The position numbers and the translations under genes were made by a program. Shown here one piece after another: positions 11,153-21,000 of a DNA stretch of 64,000 nucleotides. Within the stretch, counting starts at the first letter, position 1. Each line of letters begins with the position of its first letter. Origin of the DNA: Escherichia coli (lineage in GTDB: Bacteria > Pseudomonadota > Gammaproteobacteria > Enterobacterales > Enterobacteriaceae); the NCBI RefSeq assembly GCF_048403405.1, contig NZ_CP183129.1; one strand, written 5' to 3'. The notes beneath the pieces were generated by a model. The model did no database searches and was not told the DNA's origin. It was given only the letters and a program-made list of their open reading frames with translations.

Positions 11153-11872
11153 TCAGCGGCTCATCAGCACTTCAGCAATATGCATTACTTTGACTTTCTG
11201 CCCTTCCCGTTGTAATCGCCCACTGATGTTCAGCAGGCAACTCACGTCAGCACCAATTAAATACTCAGGGCGGACTTCCATCAGGTGCGCAACCTTTTCT
11301 TTCACCATCTCGCCGGATATTTCGGCCATTTTGACCGAGAACGTGCCGCCAAATCCGCAGCAGGTATCCTGTTCAGCAAAGGTCAACAGCTCCAGTCCAC
11401 GCACATTTTTCAGCAGCATAAGTGGCTCGTCCTTCACCCCCAGCTTACGGGCCAGGCTACAAGATGGGTGATACACCGCTCTCCCTTGCAAACTGGCACC
11501 TACATCGACTACCCCTAATGTATTAACAATAAAAGAGGTGAGATCCTGCATACGCGCGGCAACCTTTTCGGCTCGTGATGCCCATTCAGGCTCATCCGCC
11601 AGATACGTTGGGTAACTTTTTACGGCATAGGTACAGGAGCCAGCCGGTGAAATAATGGGATCGTCGTTATCCTCCAGTGCGGCGATCAGATTTTTCATCC
11701 CTGGAATCGCTTCTTTGATATAACCACTATTGATCGCAGGCTGACCGCAGCATCCCTGTTTCTCCGGGAAATTTACGCGACAGCCGAGTTTTTCCAGTAG
11801 CAGCACGGAGTCTCGTGCCATTCTTGATTTCAGGGCGTCACCAATACAGGTGACAAAGAAATTGACATTCAC
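11153..11872 (-). CDS. ykgE: LutA-like Cys-rich (CCG domain) oxidoreductase subunit YkgE
   Basis: 239-aa ORF, Cys-rich motifs (GCCGQP, TCCGFGG); first gene of ykgEFG. Confidence 0.8.
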   Translation of the reverse strand: MNVNFFVTCIGDALKSRMARDSVLLLEKLGCRVNFPEKQGCCGQPAINSGYIKEAIPGMKNLIAALEDNDDPIISPAGSCTYAVKSYPTYLADEPEWASRAEKVAARMQDLTSFIVNTLGVVDVGASLQGRAVYHPSCSLARKLGVKDEPLMLLKNVRGLELLTFAEQDTCCGFGGTFSVKMAEISGEMVKEKVAHLMEVRPEYLIGADVSCLLNISGRLQREGQKVKVMHIAEVLMSR

Positions 11873-12398
11873 AACTAATACTCCATTACTTCATGCCCAT
11901 TTATGCCCGATGGTTCCCCCCTTCCGGGGGATCAATCATCAATAAATATGGCGTTCTTTTTTAATTGGCTAGCAACATACCACCCCTCATTTGTATGACA
12001 AATGATAATCTTTCATCCAAACTTCAAATGCAATAACTAATTTTATTTCTTTCGGCATCGCTCACATTTTATGGGGAAATCGACGTTCATTTTTGGCATA
12101 AGAAATCCATTTAAAAATGGCTACATCCCTTATACCTATTCAGAGCTACTTATTCAGGGGTTATTGAGATATACACTGATGGTGTACAAAAAATCACCAA
12201 CAATAATCACGTATCAAGTAATAGTCGGCATTTTATTTAATTGAAGCAATTTAGTTTGCATTTTTATTTAAAAACTGAGCTAGAGTCCATCAGAAAAAAA
12301 TATATAAAGCCCAAACCACCGTTGGAAATAGAAATAGTTGAAAGGCTCACAACTCCCGGAATGCGGATTATCTTTGACCTGATTTCTGGCGGTTTTAT

Positions 12399-13253
12399 TC
12401 AGGGTGCAAGCTGTCTGACCCTTTCCCGATATTCTCCCGGAGTACAACCAAACTCGCGGACAAACGCCTTGTGAAAAGATGATTCACTGGCATAGCCTAC
12501 TGACTCAGCGATCACCACAACAGGGAGCATTTCCCGGGAAAACATCTGGGCCGCTATTTGTAGACGCAACTTTGTTAATACAGCTAGCGGCGTGGTTCCG
12601 GAAACATCACGGAAAAGCTGGGCAAAACTTGCCCGGGACATGTGGGCGATGCTGGCCAGCGATTCGACGGTCCAGGCGTGTCCTGGCATTTCCAGCATTT
12701 GCTGTATTACCGCACCAAGACGTGGATGCAGAAGCAAACTGAGAATGTTTTTCTCTGTATTAACCTGTGCAATCCACTCACGCACCGCGAGGGTAAAGAA
12801 TGTAGCGCAGATCTGGCTACACAGAGCATCCACTCCCGGCATTGCCGATCTGGATTCCTGTTGTAAAAACGGGATCGCCTCCCTCAGCCAGTTATATTCC
12901 ACGCTATGGTTCACTGGTGCTACAAACAGCGTTTCCGGCAAAGACGTTAAAAAATAACGCGCCGAATGTTGCAGCCGAAGAGTGCCACAGACAATACAGG
13001 TCGATTCATTATCGACATGACTCAGGCGATGAGCTGAATTTTGTGGTAGCAGGACCACATTTCCCGGGCGTAATGTAAAAATCTCTCCCGTCGGCATTTC
13101 CAGCTTCGCCGCTCCTTGCGTTAACGCATGCCAACGAATAACCGACAATTCCCCGGCACCATGTGGAAGTTGCCAGTCACTTCCTAACACGCAATTCTTA
13201 TCGATCGTTCCTTGTGGAGCGTTAAGCATCAACAAACGGCTAAGAGCATCCAT
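12399..13253 (-). CDS. rclR: AraC-family activator RclR (reactive chlorine response)
   Basis: ORF 12399..13304; ATG 13253 with GGAG RBS gives 284 aa; C-terminal AraC HTH; divergent from rclA. Confidence 0.8.
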   Translation of the reverse strand: MDALSRLLMLNAPQGTIDKNCVLGSDWQLPHGAGELSVIRWHALTQGAAKLEMPTGEIFTLRPGNVVLLPQNSAHRLSHVDNESTCIVCGTLRLQHSARYFLTSLPETLFVAPVNHSVEYNWLREAIPFLQQESRSAMPGVDALCSQICATFFTLAVREWIAQVNTEKNILSLLLHPRLGAVIQQMLEMPGHAWTVESLASIAHMSRASFAQLFRDVSGTTPLAVLTKLRLQIAAQMFSREMLPVVVIAESVGYASESSFHKAFVREFGCTPGEYRERVRQLAP

Positions 13254-13479
13254 ATCAGACTCCTGAGTAGTTTTTTGATTACAAACACCAACTATCTTAG
13301 TCAATAATTAATCTAATACCATCAAATAGTTAATCATGATTTTTGTTTTGTGATTCTGATTAAGAAAAAGAAAATACCAGACGATAAGACAAAATATCAA
13401 GCGTTGTGAAGAAATGTTATTTGCTCTTTTGCGTCTATAGTCATGATGTCAAATGAACGCGTTTCGACAGGAAATCATC

Positions 13480-14805
13480 ATGAATAAATATCAGGCAGTT
13501 ATTATTGGTTTTGGCAAGGCTGGAAAAACATTAGCCGTCACGCTGGCAAAAGCAGGTTGGCGTGTGGCTCTCATCGAACAATCAAATGCAATGTATGGCG
13601 GGACCTGTATTAATATCGGCTGTATCCCAACCAAAACATTGGTTCATGACGCACAGCAGCACACAGATTTTGTCCGTGCCATACAGCGTAAAAATGAAGT
13701 GGTTAATTTTTTACGTAATAAGAATTTTCATAATCTTGCGGATATGCCCAATATCGACGTGATCGACGGCCAGGCGGAGTTTATCAATAATCATAGCCTG
13801 CGTGTTCATCGGCCTGAGGGAAATCTGGAAATTCATGGCGAGAAAATTTTTATTAATACCGGTGCACAAACCGTGGTTCCGCCAATTCCTGGAATTACCA
13901 CCACGCCAGGAGTATATGACAGCACCGGATTACTTAATCTAAAAGAATTGCCTGGGCATTTAGGTATTTTAGGCGGCGGATATATTGGCGTTGAGTTCGC
14001 CTCTATGTTCGCTAATTTTGGCAGCAAGGTAACCATTTTAGAAGCAGCTTCGCTGTTTTTGCCTCGGGAAGATCGGGATATTGCTGATAATATCGCGACG
14101 ATTTTACGCGATCAGGGCGTCGATATTATCCTCAATGCCCATGTGGAGCGAATCAGTCACCATGAAAATCAAGTGCAAGTGCATAGCGAGCACGCCCAAC
14201 TGGCGGTGGATGCACTGTTAATAGCTTCCGGTCGTCAACCGGCTACCGCTTCGTTACATCCAGAAAATGCCGGTATCGCAGTCAACGAGCGCGGGGCAAT
14301 TGTCGTTGACAAGCGATTACATACCACCGCAGACAATATTTGGGCGATGGGAGATGTTACCGGCGGGCTGCAATTTACTTATATTTCACTGGATGATTAC
14401 CGCATTGTACGTGATGAGTTACTGGGTGAAGGCAAACGTAGTACTGATGATCGGAAAAATGTGCCTTATTCCGTATTTATGACACCGCCCCTGTCCAGGG
14501 TTGGTATGACAGAAGAACAAGCCAGAGAGAGTGGTGCTGATATTCAGGTGGTGACATTGCCTGTAGCTGCAATTCCGCGCGCCAGAGTGATGAACGATAC
14601 CCGTGGGGTATTAAAAGCGATTGTTGATAATAAAACCCAACGTATATTAGGGGCATCACTGCTGTGTGTTGACTCCCACGAGATGATTAATATAGTGAAA
14701 ATGGTGATGGATGCCGGGCTGCCTTATAGCATATTACGCGATCAGATATTTACTCATCCGTCGATGAGCGAATCACTCAATGATCTATTTTCATTAGTCA
14801 AATAA
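13480..14805 (+). CDS. rclA: pyridine nucleotide-disulfide oxidoreductase RclA
   Basis: ORF 13453..14805; start at ATG 13480 (MNKYQAVIIGFGKAGK) gives 441 aa; CINIGC redox-active disulfide motif. Confidence 0.85.
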   Translation: MNKYQAVIIGFGKAGKTLAVTLAKAGWRVALIEQSNAMYGGTCINIGCIPTKTLVHDAQQHTDFVRAIQRKNEVVNFLRNKNFHNLADMPNIDVIDGQAEFINNHSLRVHRPEGNLEIHGEKIFINTGAQTVVPPIPGITTTPGVYDSTGLLNLKELPGHLGILGGGYIGVEFASMFANFGSKVTILEAASLFLPREDRDIADNIATILRDQGVDIILNAHVERISHHENQVQVHSEHAQLAVDALLIASGRQPATASLHPENAGIAVNERGAIVVDKRLHTTADNIWAMGDVTGGLQFTYISLDDYRIVRDELLGEGKRSTDDRKNVPYSVFMTPPLSRVGMTEEQARESGADIQVVTLPVAAIPRARVMNDTRGVLKAIVDNKTQRILGASLLCVDSHEMINIVKMVMDAGLPYSILRDQIFTHPSMSESLNDLFSLVK

Positions 14806-14913
14806 ACTCAAAATCAGACGCCAGAACAAATATTCTGGCGTCTCAGAGAAAAGAATCTTATTAATTCTCTGTTACTCTATAACTTCTTAATCACTTCATT
14901 GATGGTATTTTAT

Positions 14914-15150
14914 ATGTTTAAAAAATCTGTTTTATTTGCAACACTATTATCTGGCGTTATGGCATTTTCCACCAATGCAGATGATAAAATAATTCTGAAA
15001 CATATCAGCGTCTCGTCAGTATCAGCATCACCGACAGTTCTGGAGGATGCCATTGCTGATATAGCCAGAAAATATAATGCTTCATCCTGGAAAGTCACAT
15101 CGATGCGAATTGATAATAATTCAACCGCAACAGCAGTATTGTATAAATAA
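14914..15150 (+). CDS. rclB: small periplasmic protein RclB
   Basis: ORF 14899(TTG)..15150; ATG 14914 gives 78 aa with signal peptide MFKKSVLFATLLSGVMAFSTNA. Confidence 0.7.
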   Translation: MFKKSVLFATLLSGVMAFSTNADDKIILKHISVSSVSASPTVLEDAIADIARKYNASSWKVTSMRIDNNSTATAVLYK

Positions 15151-15161
15151 GGATGTTCACA

Positions 15162-15755
15162 ATGGAAAAATACCTTCACCTGTTAAGTCGGGGAGATAAA
15201 ATTGGCCTGACATTGATTCGTCTGAGTATTGCGATTGTTTTTATGTGGATTGGGTTATTAAAGTTTGTCCCTTACGAGGCAGACAGCATTACACCATTCG
15301 TCGCAAACAGTCCACTAATGTCGTTCTTTTATGAACACCCGGAAGACTATAAACAGTATCTGACTCACGAAGGCGAATACAAACCAGAAGCAAGGGCATG
15401 GCAATCGGCCAATAATACCTATGGTTTTTCCAACGGTCTTGGCGTCGTGGAGGTGATTATTGCTCTGCTGGTTTTGGCTAATCCTGTCAATCGCTGGTTA
15501 GGTTTATTGGGAGGGCTGATGGCATTTACCACACCGTTGGTAACACTCTCATTTTTAATCACCACCCCGGAGGCATGGGTACCCGCATTGGGTGACGCTC
15601 ATCATGGTTTCCCTTATTTATCTGGTGCTGGTCGCCTGGTATTGAAAGATACTCTGATGCTGGCAGGTGCTGTCATGATAATGGCAGATTCGGCGCGGGA
15701 AATTCTTAAACAACGCAGTAATGAATCCAGTTCAACGTTAAAAACTGAATATTGA
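15162..15755 (+). CDS. rclC: inner-membrane protein RclC
   Basis: ORF 15153..15755; ATG 15162 with AAGGA RBS gives 197 aa; multiple hydrophobic segments. Confidence 0.75.
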   Translation: MEKYLHLLSRGDKIGLTLIRLSIAIVFMWIGLLKFVPYEADSITPFVANSPLMSFFYEHPEDYKQYLTHEGEYKPEARAWQSANNTYGFSNGLGVVEVIIALLVLANPVNRWLGLLGGLMAFTTPLVTLSFLITTPEAWVPALGDAHHGFPYLSGAGRLVLKDTLMLAGAVMIMADSAREILKQRSNESSSTLKTEY

Positions 15756-15914
15756 TAATCCGAACACTGTCTGTTGTTCACTTTTTCAGGCGTCAGGCCC
15801 CCTTTCTGATGATGAAGCCTGACGCCATATTACCGGAGATATGACAGAGTGAAGATCAATATCACTCCCCTGTTAAAAGATCCTTGTCGTCTCAGGTAAA
15901 ATACATGATTAATA

Positions 15915-16799
15915 TCAATCATGTATTTTTACAGCAAGACAACCACGAACAAATTCAGGATTAAAATGTTTTACCGACTCCCCAACATAACCCAAATCAA
16001 GCGAACTAATTTGTGCCATTTCTTTCTCTGTCAGTGAGAAATCCCAGATAGCAAAATTTTCTTCGATACGCTGTTGATGTGTCGATTTCGGAATAACGAC
16101 CACTCCCCGTTGAATATTCCAACGCAGAATGACTTGAGAAATCGATTTTTGATGGGCATCTGCAATACTCTGAAGCAGATTATTTTCAAAGGGTTTATGT
16201 CGTCCACCACCTAACGGAGCCCATGCTTCAGGCTGCACGTTATAATACTTCATGGTTGCCAGCGCCTCTGGTTGGGCAAAATAGGGATGCAACTCGACCT
16301 GGTTGACCATCGGTTTAACTCTTACCGTTTCACAAAAGTTCGCCAGAACATGAGGATAGAAATTGGAAACCCCAATTGCTTTTAATTTGCCCTCTTCATA
16401 GGCATCTTCGAGTGCACGCCACGCACTGAAATAATCGCGCATAGCCTGGTGCAATAAATAGAGGTCGAAGTATTCTAGTCCCGATTTTTTTAATGATGCT
16501 TCAATACCTGCTTTTGCCGTATCCTGATTCAACATATCCTGCACCCACAATTTAGACGTTATAAATAACTCATCTCGGGTACATAAACCTTCAGATATGG
16601 CTTCACGAACGGCTTCACCGACGGCATCTTCATTACCGTATACCGCTGCAGTGTCGATGAGTCGATAACCCGTGCGGATAGCATTCAACACTGACTGTTT
16701 GCACACGTCTTTATCGGTAACCTGAAAAACACCAAATCCCATCATCGGCATTTTCAGATTGTTACTTAATACGTAAAATTCCACTGTCAGTCCCTCCAT
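15915..16799 (-). CDS. aldo-keto reductase (DkgA/YvgN-like)
   Basis: 294-aa ORF with AKR motifs ([24 protein letters not shown]); paralogous to ORF 22828..23679; a GTG start 15 nt downstream is possible. Confidence 0.75.
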   Translation of the reverse strand: MEGLTVEFYVLSNNLKMPMMGFGVFQVTDKDVCKQSVLNAIRTGYRLIDTAAVYGNEDAVGEAVREAISEGLCTRDELFITSKLWVQDMLNQDTAKAGIEASLKKSGLEYFDLYLLHQAMRDYFSAWRALEDAYEEGKLKAIGVSNFYPHVLANFCETVRVKPMVNQVELHPYFAQPEALATMKYYNVQPEAWAPLGGGRHKPFENNLLQSIADAHQKSISQVILRWNIQRGVVVIPKSTHQQRIEENFAIWDFSLTEKEMAQISSLDLGYVGESVKHFNPEFVRGCLAVKIHD

Positions 16800-17031
16800 T
16801 AGGTATGAACAATGAGTCTACGTTAAAACGTAACCTCAAATTAGTATGTGGATTTTGATATCACTTATGCAAAAAATTCATTAATAATGTAGGACTGAAA
16901 CCTCTCTATTTTTGGGGCAATGAAGCAGACGCTATCAGTGCTTTTGCCTTGGGACTTGCTGTTTTTGATACACTTAAGGCCCAGGACATAACGAAAATGT
17001 GCGATATGACAAAGAATTAACGGAGAATGTG

Positions 17032-17889
17032 ATGATCAGGCAGAAGATTCTACAGCAGCTCCTGGAGTGGATTGAGTGCAATCTTGAGCACCCTATTTCA
17101 ATCGAAGATATCGCACAGAAATCTGGCTACAGCAGACGCAACATCCAGCTTCTGTTCCGAAATTTCATGCATGTGCCTTTGGGAGAATACATTCGCAAAC
17201 GAAGGCTTTGTCGTGCCGCCATTCTTGTCCGACTCACCGCGAAATCTATGCTTGATATTGCACTCTCTTTACATTTTGACTCACAGCAGTCATTCAGCCG
17301 CGAATTTAAAAAGTTATTCGGCTGCTCTCCCCGTGAATACCGCCACCGTGATTATTGGGATCTCGCAAATATCTTCCCTTCTTTTTTAATACGTCAACAG
17401 CAAAAGACGGAGTGTAGATTAGTCAACTTTCCTGAGACACCTATTTTTGGCAATTCATTTAAATATGATATTGAAGTATCGAATAAATCACCGGATGAAG
17501 AAGTCAAACTGCGACGTCATCATTTAGCCAGATGTATGAAGAATTTTAAGACGGATATCTATTTCGTCTCCACATTCGAACCGTCAACAAAATCGGTCGA
17601 TTTGCTCACAGTTGAAACTTTTTCCGGTACGGTATGCAAACAAACCGATTCAGAGATGTCGAAAGAGTGGACAATTAACCGAGGACTGTATGCCTCTTTC
17701 CGCTATGAAGGTGAGTGGGAGCACTACCCTGAATGGGCGCGAAACCTCTATCTGATGGAATTACCTGCCAGGGGGTTAGCCAGAGTGAACGGCAGTGATA
17801 TTGAGCGATTTTATTACAATGAAAACTTCGTCGAAATTGATAGCAATAACATTGTTTGCGAAATTTTTATCCCCGTTCGCCCGGTTTAG
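17032..17889 (+). CDS. ykgA: AraC-family regulator with C-terminal effector-binding domain, YkgA-like
   Basis: ORF 16999(GTG)..17889; ATG 17032 with GGAG RBS; N-terminal AraC HTH (SIEDIAQKSGYSRRNIQLLFR). Confidence 0.65.
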   Translation: MIRQKILQQLLEWIECNLEHPISIEDIAQKSGYSRRNIQLLFRNFMHVPLGEYIRKRRLCRAAILVRLTAKSMLDIALSLHFDSQQSFSREFKKLFGCSPREYRHRDYWDLANIFPSFLIRQQQKTECRLVNFPETPIFGNSFKYDIEVSNKSPDEEVKLRRHHLARCMKNFKTDIYFVSTFEPSTKSVDLLTVETFSGTVCKQTDSEMSKEWTINRGLYASFRYEGEWEHYPEWARNLYLMELPARGLARVNGSDIERFYYNENFVEIDSNNIVCEIFIPVRPV

Positions 17890-17946
17890 CTGTAGCGATG
17901 TTTACATGAATTTATAACGAGACTACTGTCAGGCAATTCAATAAAT

Positions 17947-17980
17947 AATGGCGTTGAAGATGTCAACGCCATTATTGTTT
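17947..17980. terminator. bidirectional intrinsic terminator between ykgA and fdeC
   Basis: Perfect hairpin AATGGCGTTGA-agatg-TCAACGCCATT flanked by A-rich (upstream) and T-rich (downstream) tracts, between convergent genes. Confidence 0.55.
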
Positions 17981-18009
17981 ATTAGAATGTTACTTTCATA
18001 TTCTTAATA

Positions 18010-21000
18010 TTACTTCATCGCCTCCTCGCCCTTTGCCGTATCGGCATCCACCGCGGTTATGGTCACCGTCACTGGCTTCATTTCGTACCCGCCATAGGTC
18101 AGGGCGTTAAATGTGAACGTATAGACACCAGGCTTGCTGGTACTAAATGTACGCGTGATTTTTCCGCTCACGAAATGGTCATTTTTCGACGGCAGGAATT
18201 GATAATCCTTCTCCGTCACTCCTTCCGGAGCCTCAATGTCGACCCACACATTCCCCCCAACAGGGTTATTTGCCGAGAACAGGGTAACCTCCAGCTTCGC
18301 AGTCGATTTCCCATCCGCCACCAGCGATTGCACATCAGATGATGCGGTGAGCTCCGCGTTTTTATCATCCGCGACGAATTTAGATTCGGCAGTTTTCGTT
18401 GATACCTGACCGTTGGTCTGACTCACTTGCGCCTTGAGTGTGTATGTCGCCGCAACAGTAGTGGTAGCGGTGAAAATAGCCTGCCCTTGCTCATTCGTTG
18501 TCGCAGTGCCATTCGGTTCCAGGTTTAACGAAGCCGGGCTGGCAGTCAGCGTCACGTCGCTATCTTTCAACAGGTTGTTATTGGCATCAGTCACCGTAAC
18601 TTTATACGTCTGTTTGGCTTTGCCGTCCGCCAGTGCATAGATGCCAATCACCTCAATACTGGAAACGGTTGCGGTAGCCTTATCGGCTACAAACGTTATA
18701 GTCTGCGCATCTGAAGGCTGGTCATTTCCTGCCGACGCCGTGATCTCATAGGTTCCGGCAGTCACGGAAACCACCTGCAACTCTGCTTTCCCCTCATCGT
18801 TGGCTTTCACCCAGACATTATCGCCAGTAAGCGGCTTGACACCCCGGGGCAGATTAAAGGTCACCAGAGTGCCTGGAACAGGGTTACCGTTTTTATCCTC
18901 AACGGTCGCCGTCAGCGTAAAGGCATCTTTGCCGTTTGCCACTTTTTGAACGGCGGTGTCTACCTGCAGGTTTGCCTGACCGGTGCTGGCATCCGCGTTG
19001 AATTTCACCGTGACCGTCTTCTGAGAGTTTTTCACCGCGGCCGCGATTTCAAGTTCCCCTGCAACGGTTGATATCAACTCAATATCCGCTTTACCTGCCG
19101 CATTGGTTGTTACTGTATTCCCCGTCTTGCTAGTCACACCCTGCGGTAAAGTCAGCGTAACTTCTTGCCCCTGCAACGGGTTACCATAGCTGTCCACGAC
19201 GGTCAGGGTTACCTGGTTAGCAGACTGTCCATTTGCCAGTTGGTTATTCACCTTCACCGCCATATCACTGATCACTGCCCGGGAAGCGTCGCCTGCAACA
19301 TTCAGCACCAGTGGCTGAGCAACGGCATTTTGGCCGTTCACTCGCGGCATCACAGACAACTGACCCGCGGCAGATCCCAGCGTTAAGGTCGCCACGTAGA
19401 CCCCATTACCTTTCTCTGTCCAGTTTCCTGCTGAAGGACGCTCACTCCCCGTGCTGGCGGCACCGCTAAACACTGGTGCATCTGGCTTCAGCCCGGTGAC
19501 CGAGTTCCCATACGCATCCTTCACGGTGAAGGTGAGTTCCGTCGTCGTTTTGACGGTCGGAGCCTTATTGTCCGCAACAAGCGTAGAGTTCGCTGATGAC
19601 ATCTCTCCGGCGATGACCGTCAACTGTGCGGCTTCGGTGGCTGCTGGCTGGCCGTTGAAGAGCGGCATGACGCGAAGCTCGCCCGTCTTTCCGCCTGTAG
19701 TCAACGTAGCAACATAGGAACCGTCACCTTTTTCGGTCCAACTGGAAACGGTCGCCCCTTCAGAGGCGGTCCCCGTCAAACTTGCCGACAACGAAAGACC
19801 ACTGATAGCGTTGCCATGTGCATCTTTCGCCACCAACGTCACGGTTGTGCTTTCGCCGGCTTTTACGTGATCTTCCGCGACAGAGACTTTCGACTGGTTT
19901 GAAGATAACGCATCAGCCACCACGGTTACTTTTGCCGCATTTGCTGCCGCATCCTGTCCATTTAGCTTCGGCATAACTTCTAATTCACCCGCCGTAGAGC
20001 CGAGAGTAATCTGCGCAGTCCACGTCCCATCACCATTATTTGTCCAGCCAGATGCCGTAGAACCAACAGCAGCGGCACCCGCTAATGACGGCGCTTCCGG
20101 CGTGAGGCTGGTCACAGGGTTGTCATTGGCATCTTTTGTCGACCAGATTGCCGTAAGCGTACCGCCGACCACCGGTTTATCAGGATTCAGGGTGATGGAC
20201 GAATGTGCTGCATCAAGCGGCCCGGCAACAAACTTCAGCGTTTGTTGTAATGTGCCCAGCTGATACTGCTCGCTGAAGGCGCGCAAAACAACGTTTCCGG
20301 CACGGGTCGAAGAAACCGTGGCGCTGTAAACCCCTGGTTTTATTTCCGAAATGGCACCAACGGTAACACCATTAGTGTCTTGCGGAACAAGTCGCAGGCG
20401 GCTGGCTTCTCCCGTCACCGGATTACCCTCGGAGTCCACCGCAGTCAGCGTCAGCGTGTAGGCTTGCTGACCATCAGCAACCACGTCACCTGACGGCTCG
20501 TTAGCGCTCAGGGTGGAGTTTGCCACATCCATCATCGTGGCCCGCAGTTCTGCAGTGACGGTTTTGCTCATGCCATCAACGCTAACAGTAATCGTTGCCT
20601 CACCTGACTGCGTTCCGGTCGTAAAGACAGACTGATACACCCCTGCTTCAGTTTCGGTGAACTCACCCAGTGTTGGCTTTGCCTGTGATTTAGTGGCCTT
20701 CAGGGAACGAGTCACAATATTTCCAGCCGGTTTGAAGGTTAGTTCAGTCTTGATCTGCTCCTTCATGCCCGTGACTGGCTGGCCCTCGGCGTCGCGCAGA
20801 GACAGCACCAGCGGCTTTTGCTCATTACCGTTAGCAAGCATTTGAATACGGCTCTGACCGTCAAGCGTTAACGCCGTGCGATCGGCGCTCATACCAGCTC
20901 CGGTAATAACCACTTCTGTCTGCACACGTTTCGAGGCATTACCTTTGTTATCGTAGGCAACTGCTGAAATCGCATAATAATTGTCTTTGCCTGGACGGTA

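Noticed and set aside
15789-15826. Perfect 10-bp inverted repeat GGCGTCAGGC ... GCCTGACGCC after rclC as a terminator or REP element
   Set aside because: The 18-nt loop and lack of a T-tract make an intrinsic terminator uncertain, and it does not match the REP consensus well; left uncalled.
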